Of a stretch of 64,000 bases of DNA, positions 1 to 8,966 are shown in pieces (position 1 is the first letter of the stretch; every line of letters starts with the position of its first letter). The stretch lies in the IMG/VR virus record IMGVR_UViG_3300025892_000017, one strand, 5' to 3'. Below the pieces are notes generated by a model, which ran no database searches, was not told the DNA's origin, and was given only the letters and a program-made list of their open reading frames with translations. The translations under genes were made by a program, and so were the position numbers. The DNA comes from an uncultured virus (IMG/VR IMGVR_UViG_3300025892_000017). Its lineage: Duplodnaviria > Heunggongvirae > Uroviricota > Caudoviricetes > Crassvirales.

Positions 1-814
1 GATTCTAAATAAGGGAATAGATATGCTATTTAGAATGATTCTAGATAAGGGAATTGTTAAGGGGTGATACTGTCCACCGCTTTCAAGTTCCTATCTACTA
101 ACAACATACAATTAACTACCTTAAGCATAACATTAACTAACAACCTCTAACTCATTGAGTATCAACTACATACATACTATATATATATACATATCAACCA
201 TAACTTTAAGTAATGTACTGTAACTCCTTCATAACCAATGACATACCATCAATTACATTAAGTAGGCCTTTATCATATCCTACCTAAGTGATTGAATATC
301 AATGAGATACCGTAAAAAGCTGAATATATACGCGAAAAAAGATAGAATACAGAGGGGACGGGGTTAAAAAATGTTAATTTCGTTTCAGGAATCCAACGCC
401 CTCAGATATATATAATCCCCATTCTAAATATTTCTCACATTTTTTTTCACGATCACTTCATTTTAGCATTTTGCCATCATTTTTACCAAGTGCGCGCGCT
501 ACATTTACTTAAACCTTTACTTTAACCTAACTCTGTAAGTTATTGACTACGTGGGAATTAACCCTTATATACTAAACCTTTATAAAAGGACTTGACTTTT
601 CAAAAAAAAAGTGGTACCTTAGCAGAGTATTTAGCGTCTCACGTACAAAACGGCTAGCGAGTGTATAGGCACTCCGATCTTGTTTTTTTGTATGCTTAAA
701 GAGAGTCTTATGACGCTGACCTCTTGAATGAAGTGATATACGCCAGTACTATACATAAGACTGAGATACCTTCCTTTTTCTTTACTCTTAATATTAATAA
801 AGGATTCTTTTAGT

Positions 815-822
815 TATCTTTG
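815..822 (+). promoter_or_regulatory. Bacteroidota-type -7 promoter element (TATCTTTG)
   Basis: Matches TAnnTTTG; lies 4 nt upstream of the ATG at 827. Confidence 0.6.
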
Positions 823-826
823 CTTT

Positions 827-3800
827 ATGCCTAAAGTCACCAAAACCTCTCCAGATCCACCAAGCATATTACAGAAGCTTGCTAATATATATAACTGGAG
901 GGAGAATTTAGCTGAGAATATTGATCCTTATGGCTACGATGACTTTGGTCGTGATTCATTACAAAGATTATATAATGCTATAATTTTAGATAAAAAAGAA
1001 GGATCGAGGAGAGAGTTTGAAAGAATGGATTATGAAACCACCTCGCCCCAGTACTCGGAGAGAATAGACCTCTTAAATATGCTTTTAGGTAGAGAACAAA
1101 AACATAACACCATAAAAAAATCAGAATATAAACCCACTAAAGCAAAAGATTCTGACGTTGAATATTATAAATCAAATATAACCGAAGAAGAAATAAAAAA
1201 ATACTTACTGCGAAAATCCTATCCACACACGCCGTGGGATGAATTTGAAGGCCCTGAATGGCTTATCGAAGAAAAGCCGTATGGTAATGTTTTAGGTAAT
1301 TACACTATAGATAAAGGGGTGGATGAAAAAGGTCATTACGTTAGCTATTATGATAAGTGGGATTTGCATCCATTTTCTGATGAAGTGAGATCAGAAGCTG
1401 AAATATCAAGAGGTTTAGAAAATAAGATACAGTCTGCTGTTGGTATTAAGCCAGCTGAAATATATGGTAGAGTATATTACGATCCCAAAACAGGTAAACC
1501 TATAGAATCTAAAAAAGATGGGGGTAGAATAAGAAAATATCAAGACGGTGGTGATGTAAATGACTTGCTTAAGATGCTAGGTAAGTATAAAGGTGCGCCT
1601 GAAGATAAAGAGGTGTTATCTAGCTTAGTTTCTGAGAGTACTCAACCATCAGGATATACTCAACCAGTCCTACCTGTAGAAAAGAAAATAGAGTTAATAG
1701 ACAAGCCTGCGCAGATAACGCAAGCCCCAGACGAAGTAAAAAAAGCAGACTGGAGTACTATGTTTGCAAACCCTATGCAAATGCTTAAGTATACAGGTAA
1801 GTATGGGATGACTAGACCTACTAAAGCAGAGTTAGATGCTCAGAAGAGCAATATATACGATTCTATTACTTCTATGTTTAACCCTTCAGCTTATGTAGAG
1901 GCTCTTAAACATATGGGTACTAGTGTTGACGCAGCAGATCAAGCTTTATTACAAGGATTTAAAGATGGTAGGATGTCTCCTGGGGATCTATCTAACGTAG
2001 TAGGGAATCTATCTGATGCTGGGATGCAAGCTCTATTCCTTTCTATGGCACCTATGGGAGGAAGGACTTGGGCTAGCGCTATTAAAGAGCTTAGAAGGCC
2101 CGCATTGGGTGCTCGTATACCTCAAGAGTTTAGAGGTTCTAGGTTACTAGGGCCTACTGCTGAGACTGCTACGACTGAATCTAGTGCTTTACAACAACTA
2201 GCTAATACACAAGAAGCCTTACCAGCAGCAAAGGTAAAAGCACCTAAAGTAAAAAAGAAGAAATACGAACCTGTGAGTGCGTATGAGGAAAGTAATGTGG
2301 CTGTAAGTATTCCTGAACTTCCTGCAAGTCGGGAATTATTAGCCTATGTGCCAGAATTAGCGCTCTCTAATGTTCCTAGTATTCCAGAGCCATTGAAAAC
2401 ACTAGATGATCAAATTGCGTTTCTAGAGAAAATGATGGGGATGATTGAATCACGTACTAGTCTTATTGAACGACAAAATCAAACAGGATATAAAAAATAT
2501 TCAGATGCTCTGGTAAGGGCAAAAGAAATAAAACAAAAAGCTATAGCTTCCTCTAATCCAGGTGTATACCAATACCCATCGTTTATGACGGGTAGTAAGC
2601 TAGAGGGGCAGGTTTCACCTAAAGACGGGACTATAGCTAGATCTGCATTAGAACAGTTAGTAAAGAATAAAAACACTAAACATAGCGAGGCTATAGCTGT
2701 TAAAGATGTTTTAAGTGAATTTGAAGGCAAGAGGATCCCGTATGAAAATTTTAAACAGTCTTTAGCTTTAGATATACGTTCTGCGGAGATTATACCTACA
2801 GATGTATATGCTAATGTAGGGATTGCAGAGTTATCAGGGTCTAGAAAGTGGAAGCATAATATAATTCCAAAAACTAATATTTATAAAGATGCTTCTTTAG
2901 GGTTGACTAAAGAAGGGGAGAGTCATTTCAAAGATACTCCTCATACTTTCTGGATAAGAAGTTTCCCTTATGAAAACTCATTAAGGATTCTAGAGTGGCA
3001 GACAGATATAAAAAAGCTAAAAATCCCTTCAAAAGGCCTTCCAGCATCTGATGAGGCTGCTGATTATTATCCTAGAAGTTTGAGTGGAGAGTATTTTGAT
3101 GGGGATCCAGACATTTCATCACTAACACTTAGTTTAAATGAGCAGATTAAAATATTTAAAAATGAAATAGCTAAATTAAAAGGAAACTTAGAAATAGCTC
3201 ATCTTCCATTAGGTTATACTCAGGAATTAGCGAAAATGGAGAAAGGTTTAAAAATAGCATTAGACCACCAAAAGGAAGTTATAAAAGGACCTAAAGCCGC
3301 TGCAGAAGGTCTCCCACTTAAGTTTGTAAACGAGTCTCTTTTAGATGCTGCGAGACAAGGTAAGAAGTATTTAGACGTCCCTACTCTAGAAACAATATAT
3401 AAGATTGAGGGGTACGAGATTCCTAATCAATATGAGTTAAATGCTTCTAAGAGTTATGTTAAGCAAGTAATAGATAGATATAATGAATTTATCCCAGGTG
3501 AGGGTTATTCTAATGTTGGTTTTATAGACGATGGTGTTAATGAATTAAAGAAAGGTTACGATAAGATTAGAGCTAATCTTGATGAAGGAGGTGTAAATAC
3601 ACCCAATTGGTCTTACCTATTTAAGCATATAGAGTTATCTCACAGTGGAGTACCTGCAAAAAGAATTAGAGACCTTTCTAGACAATGGAATGCAATCTTC
3701 AACTTTCAGAATTATATTGATAGGAATTATATACCTTCAGATACATTTAATCATAACTTCAAGGATGGTTTATCGCTATTTGAAAAAGATGGCAAACTTC

Positions 3801-4819
3801 AATTCGATGTAAACACTACAGGTAGCACTACTCAAATAATTAAGAGCTTAAAACGTCATCTACCTGATATAAAAAAAGCTTTCTTAAAGAATTTAGATGA
3901 TGCAGAAGAACTAACTGTAAGGAATGCTGAATATTATAAAAAGAAATTAAAAGAACATCAAGATATTATTGATAGAATTTACGCTGACGGGATTAAGGTT
4001 TCCGATATGAATGAAAGTAGATTATCTACAACTAGAGATTACAGAAACTTCCCTAAGTTATGGAGTAAAGAGTTCGGGACAGAAGTTATAAAATTTAAAG
4101 ATGAGTTTGGGAATACATACAACCGTGTTGTAGTCCCAGAAAAGTTCTTCCAAACAGACCCATCTAAACTTTTAGAGATTAAGACATATAAAAAAGGGGG
4201 GTTATTAAATAAGCTTGTAAAAAAATATCAAGACGGTGGGGGTATTTTTAAAAAACTAAGAGAAAGAAGAGCTGACCGTAGAATAGAGAAAACACCTGTT
4301 AGAGATGCTAGTAGCCAAGAGGTATTAGAGATGCTTTCTAGTTATGGGGCTGACAGCCCTATGATGCAAGGGGAGTACGATCCTAGAAAGAAAGAGATCG
4401 TTATGTATAAGGATGATGCAGATACGCTTAAGCACGAACAAGTGCATGCAGCACAGTACGGTCCTTTACAGCGTTTAGCTTATAGAATGAATCAAGATAG
4501 GAGCGCTCCAATACAAGACCCAACAAAAAGAAAAGTATATAGAAAACTTTCTGAAAACATATCCCCTGAAGCGTATGCAGCTTTTAATAGAGCTGGGAAA
4601 TTGATATTAGATAAAGGGGAAGAGTTTGAGGCGGTATTAGATACAGGTGTAAATGCAGCAAAAGAAAAAGGTGTTAACTTTAACGTTTCTTTTGAGGAGA
4701 TACTTTCTCAATTAAAAAATATACCTTCCCCTACAAACAACATGATAGGTTTAATGAAGTTTATGGAGAACAGGTTTACTAGAGAGCAAAGGGATTTAAT
4801 ACTTAAGTCTATACGATGA
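827..4819 (+). CDS. Large multi-module (polyvalent-type) putative virion protein with C-terminal zincin-like metallopeptidase
   Basis: 1330 aa; HEQVH (HExxH) at 4433-4447 with a downstream EEFEA; modules separated by KYQDGG motifs. Confidence 0.6.
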   Translation: MPKVTKTSPDPPSILQKLANIYNWRENLAENIDPYGYDDFGRDSLQRLYNAIILDKKEGSRREFERMDYETTSPQYSERIDLLNMLLGREQKHNTIKKSEYKPTKAKDSDVEYYKSNITEEEIKKYLLRKSYPHTPWDEFEGPEWLIEEKPYGNVLGNYTIDKGVDEKGHYVSYYDKWDLHPFSDEVRSEAEISRGLENKIQSAVGIKPAEIYGRVYYDPKTGKPIESKKDGGRIRKYQDGGDVNDLLKMLGKYKGAPEDKEVLSSLVSESTQPSGYTQPVLPVEKKIELIDKPAQITQAPDEVKKADWSTMFANPMQMLKYTGKYGMTRPTKAELDAQKSNIYDSITSMFNPSAYVEALKHMGTSVDAADQALLQGFKDGRMSPGDLSNVVGNLSDAGMQALFLSMAPMGGRTWASAIKELRRPALGARIPQEFRGSRLLGPTAETATTESSALQQLANTQEALPAAKVKAPKVKKKKYEPVSAYEESNVAVSIPELPASRELLAYVPELALSNVPSIPEPLKTLDDQIAFLEKMMGMIESRTSLIERQNQTGYKKYSDALVRAKEIKQKAIASSNPGVYQYPSFMTGSKLEGQVSPKDGTIARSALEQLVKNKNTKHSEAIAVKDVLSEFEGKRIPYENFKQSLALDIRSAEIIPTDVYANVGIAELSGSRKWKHNIIPKTNIYKDASLGLTKEGESHFKDTPHTFWIRSFPYENSLRILEWQTDIKKLKIPSKGLPASDEAADYYPRSLSGEYFDGDPDISSLTLSLNEQIKIFKNEIAKLKGNLEIAHLPLGYTQELAKMEKGLKIALDHQKEVIKGPKAAAEGLPLKFVNESLLDAARQGKKYLDVPTLETIYKIEGYEIPNQYELNASKSYVKQVIDRYNEFIPGEGYSNVGFIDDGVNELKKGYDKIRANLDEGGVNTPNWSYLFKHIELSHSGVPAKRIRDLSRQWNAIFNFQNYIDRNYIPSDTFNHNFKDGLSLFEKDGKLQFDVNTTGSTTQIIKSLKRHLPDIKKAFLKNLDDAEELTVRNAEYYKKKLKEHQDIIDRIYADGIKVSDMNESRLSTTRDYRNFPKLWSKEFGTEVIKFKDEFGNTYNRVVVPEKFFQTDPSKLLEIKTYKKGGLLNKLVKKYQDGGGIFKKLRERRADRRIEKTPVRDASSQEVLEMLSSYGADSPMMQGEYDPRKKEIVMYKDDADTLKHEQVHAAQYGPLQRLAYRMNQDRSAPIQDPTKRKVYRKLSENISPEAYAAFNRAGKLILDKGEEFEAVLDTGVNAAKEKGVNFNVSFEEILSQLKNIPSPTNNMIGLMKFMENRFTREQRDLILKSIR

Positions 4820-5358
4820 ATATAAATAGAAGAACTATTCCAGGTATGAGAGTAAGGAAGTTCCATGAGGGCGGGGAAGTTCACGAACACCCACATTCAG
4901 ATACAACCAACTATGTAAGTAATGCTGCTGAAAGAATCAATAGACAGCTATTTAAAGAATCAGGGGGAGAGAAAAATCCAAACACAGCTGTATCTCCAGC
5001 AGGGGCTATGGGGAAGTGGCAGATAATGCCAAGCACTCAACAAGACTTAGAAAATAGAGGGTTTATACCTGTAGGGTTAGATCCATTTGATGCTAACGAC
5101 AGCAAGATTATGCGAGACGGTAAAATTAACGCTCTATTAAAAACTTCTTTTATATCTAACCCGCCTCAATCTATACCAGAAGTTAACAAGCTAGCCCGTA
5201 TATACGCATCTTATAACTACGGGGAAGGAAACGTTAGAAAAATTTTAAATGAAGCTAAAGAGTCTGGTGTAGATATATATGGTGATCCAAGACTATGGCT
5301 TGATTACCTACCCGAAGAAACAAGTAACTACGTAAAATATATACTTTTTGATGAATAA
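4816..5358 (+). CDS. Lytic transglycosylase (SLT/lysozyme-like), probably virion-associated
   Basis: ESGG...AVSPAGAMGKWQIMPST, ASYNYGEGNV and LPEETSNYV are SLT-family motifs. Confidence 0.85.
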   Translation: MNINRRTIPGMRVRKFHEGGEVHEHPHSDTTNYVSNAAERINRQLFKESGGEKNPNTAVSPAGAMGKWQIMPSTQQDLENRGFIPVGLDPFDANDSKIMRDGKINALLKTSFISNPPQSIPEVNKLARIYASYNYGEGNVRKILNEAKESGVDIYGDPRLWLDYLPEETSNYVKYILFDE

Positions 5359-5503
5359 CAAAACTAACAACCCTAACGAAGAGTTCGATCAACCTTCTTT
5401 CCTCAACCAAACAAAGCTAAAAAAGCAAGAGGATAAAATAGAATCTGGAGAGACAAAATGCAATATAGACTCTCCGCATGAGTGCGAAGGTTGTGGCGCA
5501 TAA
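5351..5503 (+). CDS. 50-aa protein ending CNIDSPHECEGCGA (not in the ORF track)
   Basis: ATG 5351 overlaps the end of the upstream gene; TAA at 5501-5503; fills the gap before the next promoter. Confidence 0.65.
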   Translation: MNNKTNNPNEEFDQPSFLNQTKLKKQEDKIESGETKCNIDSPHECEGCGA

Positions 5504-5508
5504 TACCT

Positions 5509-5516
5509 TATATTTG
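5509..5516 (+). promoter_or_regulatory. Bacteroidota-type -7 promoter element (TATATTTG)
   Basis: TAnnTTTG in the intergenic gap before 5533. Confidence 0.6.
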
Positions 5517-5532
5517 TATAAAATAAGTAGCT

Positions 5533-5763
5533 ATGAGAATTAATAAGTATAATATGGGTGGTCAGATGCAAGGTCAACCAGGCCAGATGCAAGGAGACCC
5601 GCAAGGTGGAGGCGCACCACAAGATGTAAATGCATTGTTAGAGATGTTATCTCAAATCCCACCCGAAGTAACCGTAGGTGAGGTTATGGAGAAACTATTA
5701 AAACGAGGTGGAGAGACTCCTGGGGTAAATATCCCACCGTCTCCTTCTATGCCAATGCAATAA
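5533..5763 (+). CDS. Small hypothetical protein with N-terminal KYNMGG tag
   Basis: In operon context; Q/G/P-rich. Confidence 0.6.
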   Translation: MRINKYNMGGQMQGQPGQMQGDPQGGGAPQDVNALLEMLSQIPPEVTVGEVMEKLLKRGGETPGVNIPPSPSMPMQ

Positions 5764-5766
5764 TAG

Positions 5767-6216
5767 ATGGCTACTTTAAACGTAACTATAACGGAGGAAA
5801 TGACCCTCAATGGTAAGGATCAAGGGAATACTAACACCCTTTCTATACCTAGTGTAACCGCTGTAATCAATAGAATTATGACTATTGACAATACAGAAGA
5901 GGATATACTTAACTTTCAAGCAGCTCGTGAAGCTGCTGGCGCTATAGAAGACGGAACATTACAATACCTTCGTCTTACCCATATAGGTGCGGCTAATACT
6001 GTTAACCTTAGGATTCAATCTACAGGTGACACTAAAGAATATATCGTACAGCTAGCTGCAGGGGAATCCTTTATGTTATTTAACGATAATGCTATGGATG
6101 TAAATACTGGTGGCGATATTGACTCTGCAGCTTCTTTATCTCAGTTAGATACTATAAAGGCTTTATGCTCTAGCGGTGATGGTGCAGAACTAGAGTTATT
6201 TGCAGTAGCAACATAA
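5767..6216 (+). CDS. Putative beta-rich structural protein
   Basis: Starts MATL; YLRLTH...LAAGESFML resembles the 22058-24055 paralogs. Confidence 0.5.
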   Translation: MATLNVTITEEMTLNGKDQGNTNTLSIPSVTAVINRIMTIDNTEEDILNFQAAREAAGAIEDGTLQYLRLTHIGAANTVNLRIQSTGDTKEYIVQLAAGESFMLFNDNAMDVNTGGDIDSAASLSQLDTIKALCSSGDGAELELFAVAT

Positions 6217-6217
6217 T

Positions 6218-6514
6218 ATGAGACCTATTAAAAGATTTGAGCATGGTGGTATGCACTGGGATATTCCAGAAGAAGACCCAACTAAGCGCGAATTAAGACG
6301 TCAGGAGAGAGAGGATAAAAAAGGTATGATTCCTGCTAGATTTAGGAATAGAGGGCAAGAAGGATTAAACGCATATATACTTAAAATGAGAAGTCGCGGT
6401 GGAAAACAATTTAACTTAAAAGATTGGGCTCAACAACTTTTTCAGAAACAAAGAGGATTTCATCAAAAACAAGAAGGTCATTGTGAGGGTGGAAGCTGTG
6501 GACAATTTGGTTAA
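6218..6514 (+). CDS. Small basic hypothetical protein with N-terminal KRFEHGG tag
   Basis: Tightly packed with its neighbours. Confidence 0.55.
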   Translation: MRPIKRFEHGGMHWDIPEEDPTKRELRRQEREDKKGMIPARFRNRGQEGLNAYILKMRSRGGKQFNLKDWAQQLFQKQRGFHQKQEGHCEGGSCGQFG

Positions 6515-6602
6515 TAATTGAATAAGTTCTATTTTAACCCAAGAAGAAAAAGAAGAGACGCGGCTAAAGAGGCTGAGAAAACTAGATTAAATAAAATAAA
6601 AA

Positions 6603-7094
6603 ATGAAGCTAGAAGTAATAAGGTTCAACAAAGGAAAGGATTCAACTAACGGAATATTATTTGACATAACTAATGAAAGAAGATTTTTATGCTATACTCT
6701 CGAAGATGAGAGCCGTGAAAAAAAAGTGCGTGGAGAAACTTGTATACCTGAAGGAGAGTATTGTCTCGGATTTAGAACTGAAGGTGGCTTCGATGCCAAA
6801 TACGCCCATAGGTTTGCTGACATGCATATGGGGATGCTTGAAGTGTGTGATGTCCCAAATTTTAAATATATTCTTATTCATTGTGGTAATACTGACGAGG
6901 ACACTGCGGGATGTTTACTGCTGGGCGATACGCAAGAAAACAACAATATCAAAGAAAACGGATTCATCGGGAGAAGTACCCACGCGTACTACAGGGTCTA
7001 CCAAGAAATCGCGGAAGCGCTCCAAGAAGAAGAAGTAACTATAGTATATAGAGACTTCTCTAAAGCTCTTGTATTAAACCCTTTAGATCTTTAG
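6603..7094 (+). CDS. DUF5675-like protein, putative endolysin (L,D-transpeptidase-like fold)
   Basis: CYTLED, GETCIPEGEY, VPNFKYILIHCGN and DTAGCLLLG motifs. Confidence 0.75.
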   Translation: MKLEVIRFNKGKDSTNGILFDITNERRFLCYTLEDESREKKVRGETCIPEGEYCLGFRTEGGFDAKYAHRFADMHMGMLEVCDVPNFKYILIHCGNTDEDTAGCLLLGDTQENNNIKENGFIGRSTHAYYRVYQEIAEALQEEEVTIVYRDFSKALVLNPLDL

Positions 7095-7513
7095 TGCTCA
7101 AATTCCCTGTAAACTCTTTGCACAAGTAACCTAGCTTTTTGAGTTAAAGCATAACGCACTCTGTAATTATATTTTGTTTCTTCTCGAAAGAGATGATCCT
7201 CAAAAGTACTTGAAGGGGTAAGTTTATCGAAATGTTTATATAGATATCCTTTATTTACTAACGGATATATAAACCTATTTTGAGTATTATTCCTATTCAT
7301 AACTAAGTCTTCTGAAGCATATTTAATCGTAAAGAACTGAAGATCATACCCCCACAATAAAAACTCTACGTGAGAGAAATTTATATCATATTCTTTATTA
7401 ACAAAATGCTTTACAATTTTTAGTTTCTTCAAATAATTCCTACGGATATATTTCTTATCTTGCGGGGAGAACTCTCTAAACAGCCTTTTTTTAGGTACTT
7501 TACTTTTAGGCAT
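7091..7513 (-). CDS. Putative winged-helix DNA-binding regulator
   Basis: Basic 140 aa ending VRYALTQKARLLV (MarR-like wing); fills the gap between + strand genes exactly. Confidence 0.55.
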   Translation of the reverse strand: MPKSKVPKKRLFREFSPQDKKYIRRNYLKKLKIVKHFVNKEYDINFSHVEFLLWGYDLQFFTIKYASEDLVMNRNNTQNRFIYPLVNKGYLYKHFDKLTPSSTFEDHLFREETKYNYRVRYALTQKARLLVQRVYREFEH

Positions 7514-7530
7514 ATAACATATATATAATC

Positions 7531-7848
7531 ATGCAAGATATAACTTTTTTAATGGAGATACAAAAACTAGCTATAGAAATGGACGAACTTGTTGACAAGT
7601 ATGATATGCGAGACAGGTTTGTATCTATATTAGTATCTGGATTTATGGATGAAGATGAGTTTGGAGAGATGAAGATGAATGCTATATATAGTTATCACTT
7701 AACTAATTTTATTGAATTAGAAGAGATATTAGATTTTATAAACGGCACATTTGAATTAGAAATTGAAGACGAAGAGCTCGATACTTTTGAAGACTTTAAC
7801 AATGATGTTGATGATCTTTTAGAGGATATGGGTATAGAAACTGAATAA
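7531..7848 (+). CDS. Acidic hypothetical protein
   Basis: D/E-rich ORF in operon context. Confidence 0.65.
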   Translation: MQDITFLMEIQKLAIEMDELVDKYDMRDRFVSILVSGFMDEDEFGEMKMNAIYSYHLTNFIELEEILDFINGTFELEIEDEELDTFEDFNNDVDDLLEDMGIETE

Positions 7849-7849
7849 A

Positions 7850-8089
7850 ATGGAAGGACTTATTAGAAAAATTGTGGTCGGAAGAGACCCTAAAGACGGT
7901 ATGGCTTATTATATCGGAATGAGAGCTGGAGGAGGTAAGGTGAGTACAATAATACAAGATGACCGACACTTATCTAAATATGGGAGGAATAGATATCTTG
8001 TGTATATGCAAGACGAAGAGGGAGCACAGACATTATGGAAAGCTATAGATGGGATGCCATGTATGTTAGAATTTGACTGTAACTTTTAA
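7850..8089 (+). CDS. Small hypothetical protein (IRKIVVG...YYIG...LWK)
   Basis: Tightly packed, directly upstream of the GroES-like gene. Confidence 0.65.
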   Translation: MEGLIRKIVVGRDPKDGMAYYIGMRAGGGKVSTIIQDDRHLSKYGRNRYLVYMQDEEGAQTLWKAIDGMPCMLEFDCNF

Positions 8090-8092
8090 TAC

Positions 8093-8689
8093 ATGAAAAC
8101 CTTTAATTTATTTGTCGTTAAGTTGGAAAATAGACTTAAGGATACAATTACTTCAGAGAGTGGGTTTGAGTTATACGTTGATGCTAAATTTGACGACTTT
8201 AAAAACAGGACAACAGAAGGGCCTGTTGTATGCACACCGTTTAAATACGACACAGGGGTAGAAGAAGGGGATACACTCTATTTTCATCACTTAGTAGTTC
8301 TAGGTGGGGATAATAACGGTCAGATATTTACTCAAGAAGATAATACTTATATAGTAAACTACGACCCTGACCACGCGATTTCTAATCAAGCTATAGCATA
8401 TAAAAGCCAGAAGGATGGGAAGATACGGTGTCTAACGGGATGGTGTTTATTAAAATCAGTAGAGCAAGAAGAGTTAAGCCTTCAGTCAGATCTTATAGAG
8501 ATAGTAGATTTAACAGAGAAGTTACCTACCAAAGGGGAAGTAGCTTACACATGTAAAGAAGCTGATGAAATAGGAGTTCTCCCAGGAGACGTAGTGGGAT
8601 TTAAACAAAACAGAGACTATCGTATAACTATAGACGGGGTGGAGTATTACCGTACCCGTGCAGAAGACTTAATGTATGTCGAAATCTAA
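8093..8689 (+). CDS. Co-chaperonin GroES-like protein with two tandem Cpn10 domains
   Basis: TSESGFEL...GPVV...GVEEGDTLYF in the first half; GEVAY...GVLPGDVVGF...IDGVEYYRTR in the second. Confidence 0.7.
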   Translation: MKTFNLFVVKLENRLKDTITSESGFELYVDAKFDDFKNRTTEGPVVCTPFKYDTGVEEGDTLYFHHLVVLGGDNNGQIFTQEDNTYIVNYDPDHAISNQAIAYKSQKDGKIRCLTGWCLLKSVEQEELSLQSDLIEIVDLTEKLPTKGEVAYTCKEADEIGVLPGDVVGFKQNRDYRITIDGVEYYRTRAEDLMYVEI

Positions 8690-8966
8690 ATTTACTACCG
8701 TAAGCGCTTCAAAAAGGCTTATGCATAGCATGGAAGTTGCTATAGATAATATGATTGAAGAAGTTAAAAAACCTGTAGATCCTGAAATAAACGGATCCGC
8801 CCGAAAAGCTGAACTTCAATCTATAAAGCAAACCGCTACAGATTGCAAAGAACTTATTATAGAGAGACAGAGGTTAGCCCAGATGGTAAAAGACCTTGAG
8901 GTAAGCGGGAATATAAAAGACATAAAGGACTATTCTGGCGGATTCGCTGAAAGATTTTCAAAATGA
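8676..8966 (+). CDS. Putative terminase small subunit
   Basis: Small helical protein ending GFAERFSK, upstream of the terminase large subunit; assignment mainly positional. Confidence 0.4.
   Translation: MSKSKFTTVSASKRLMHSMEVAIDNMIEEVKKPVDPEINGSARKAELQSIKQTATDCKELIIERQRLAQMVKDLEVSGNIKDIKDYSGGFAERFSK

Noticed and set aside
169..193. (TA)n/TACA microsatellite-like tract
   Set aside because: Short low-complexity AT tract with no independent evidence of function
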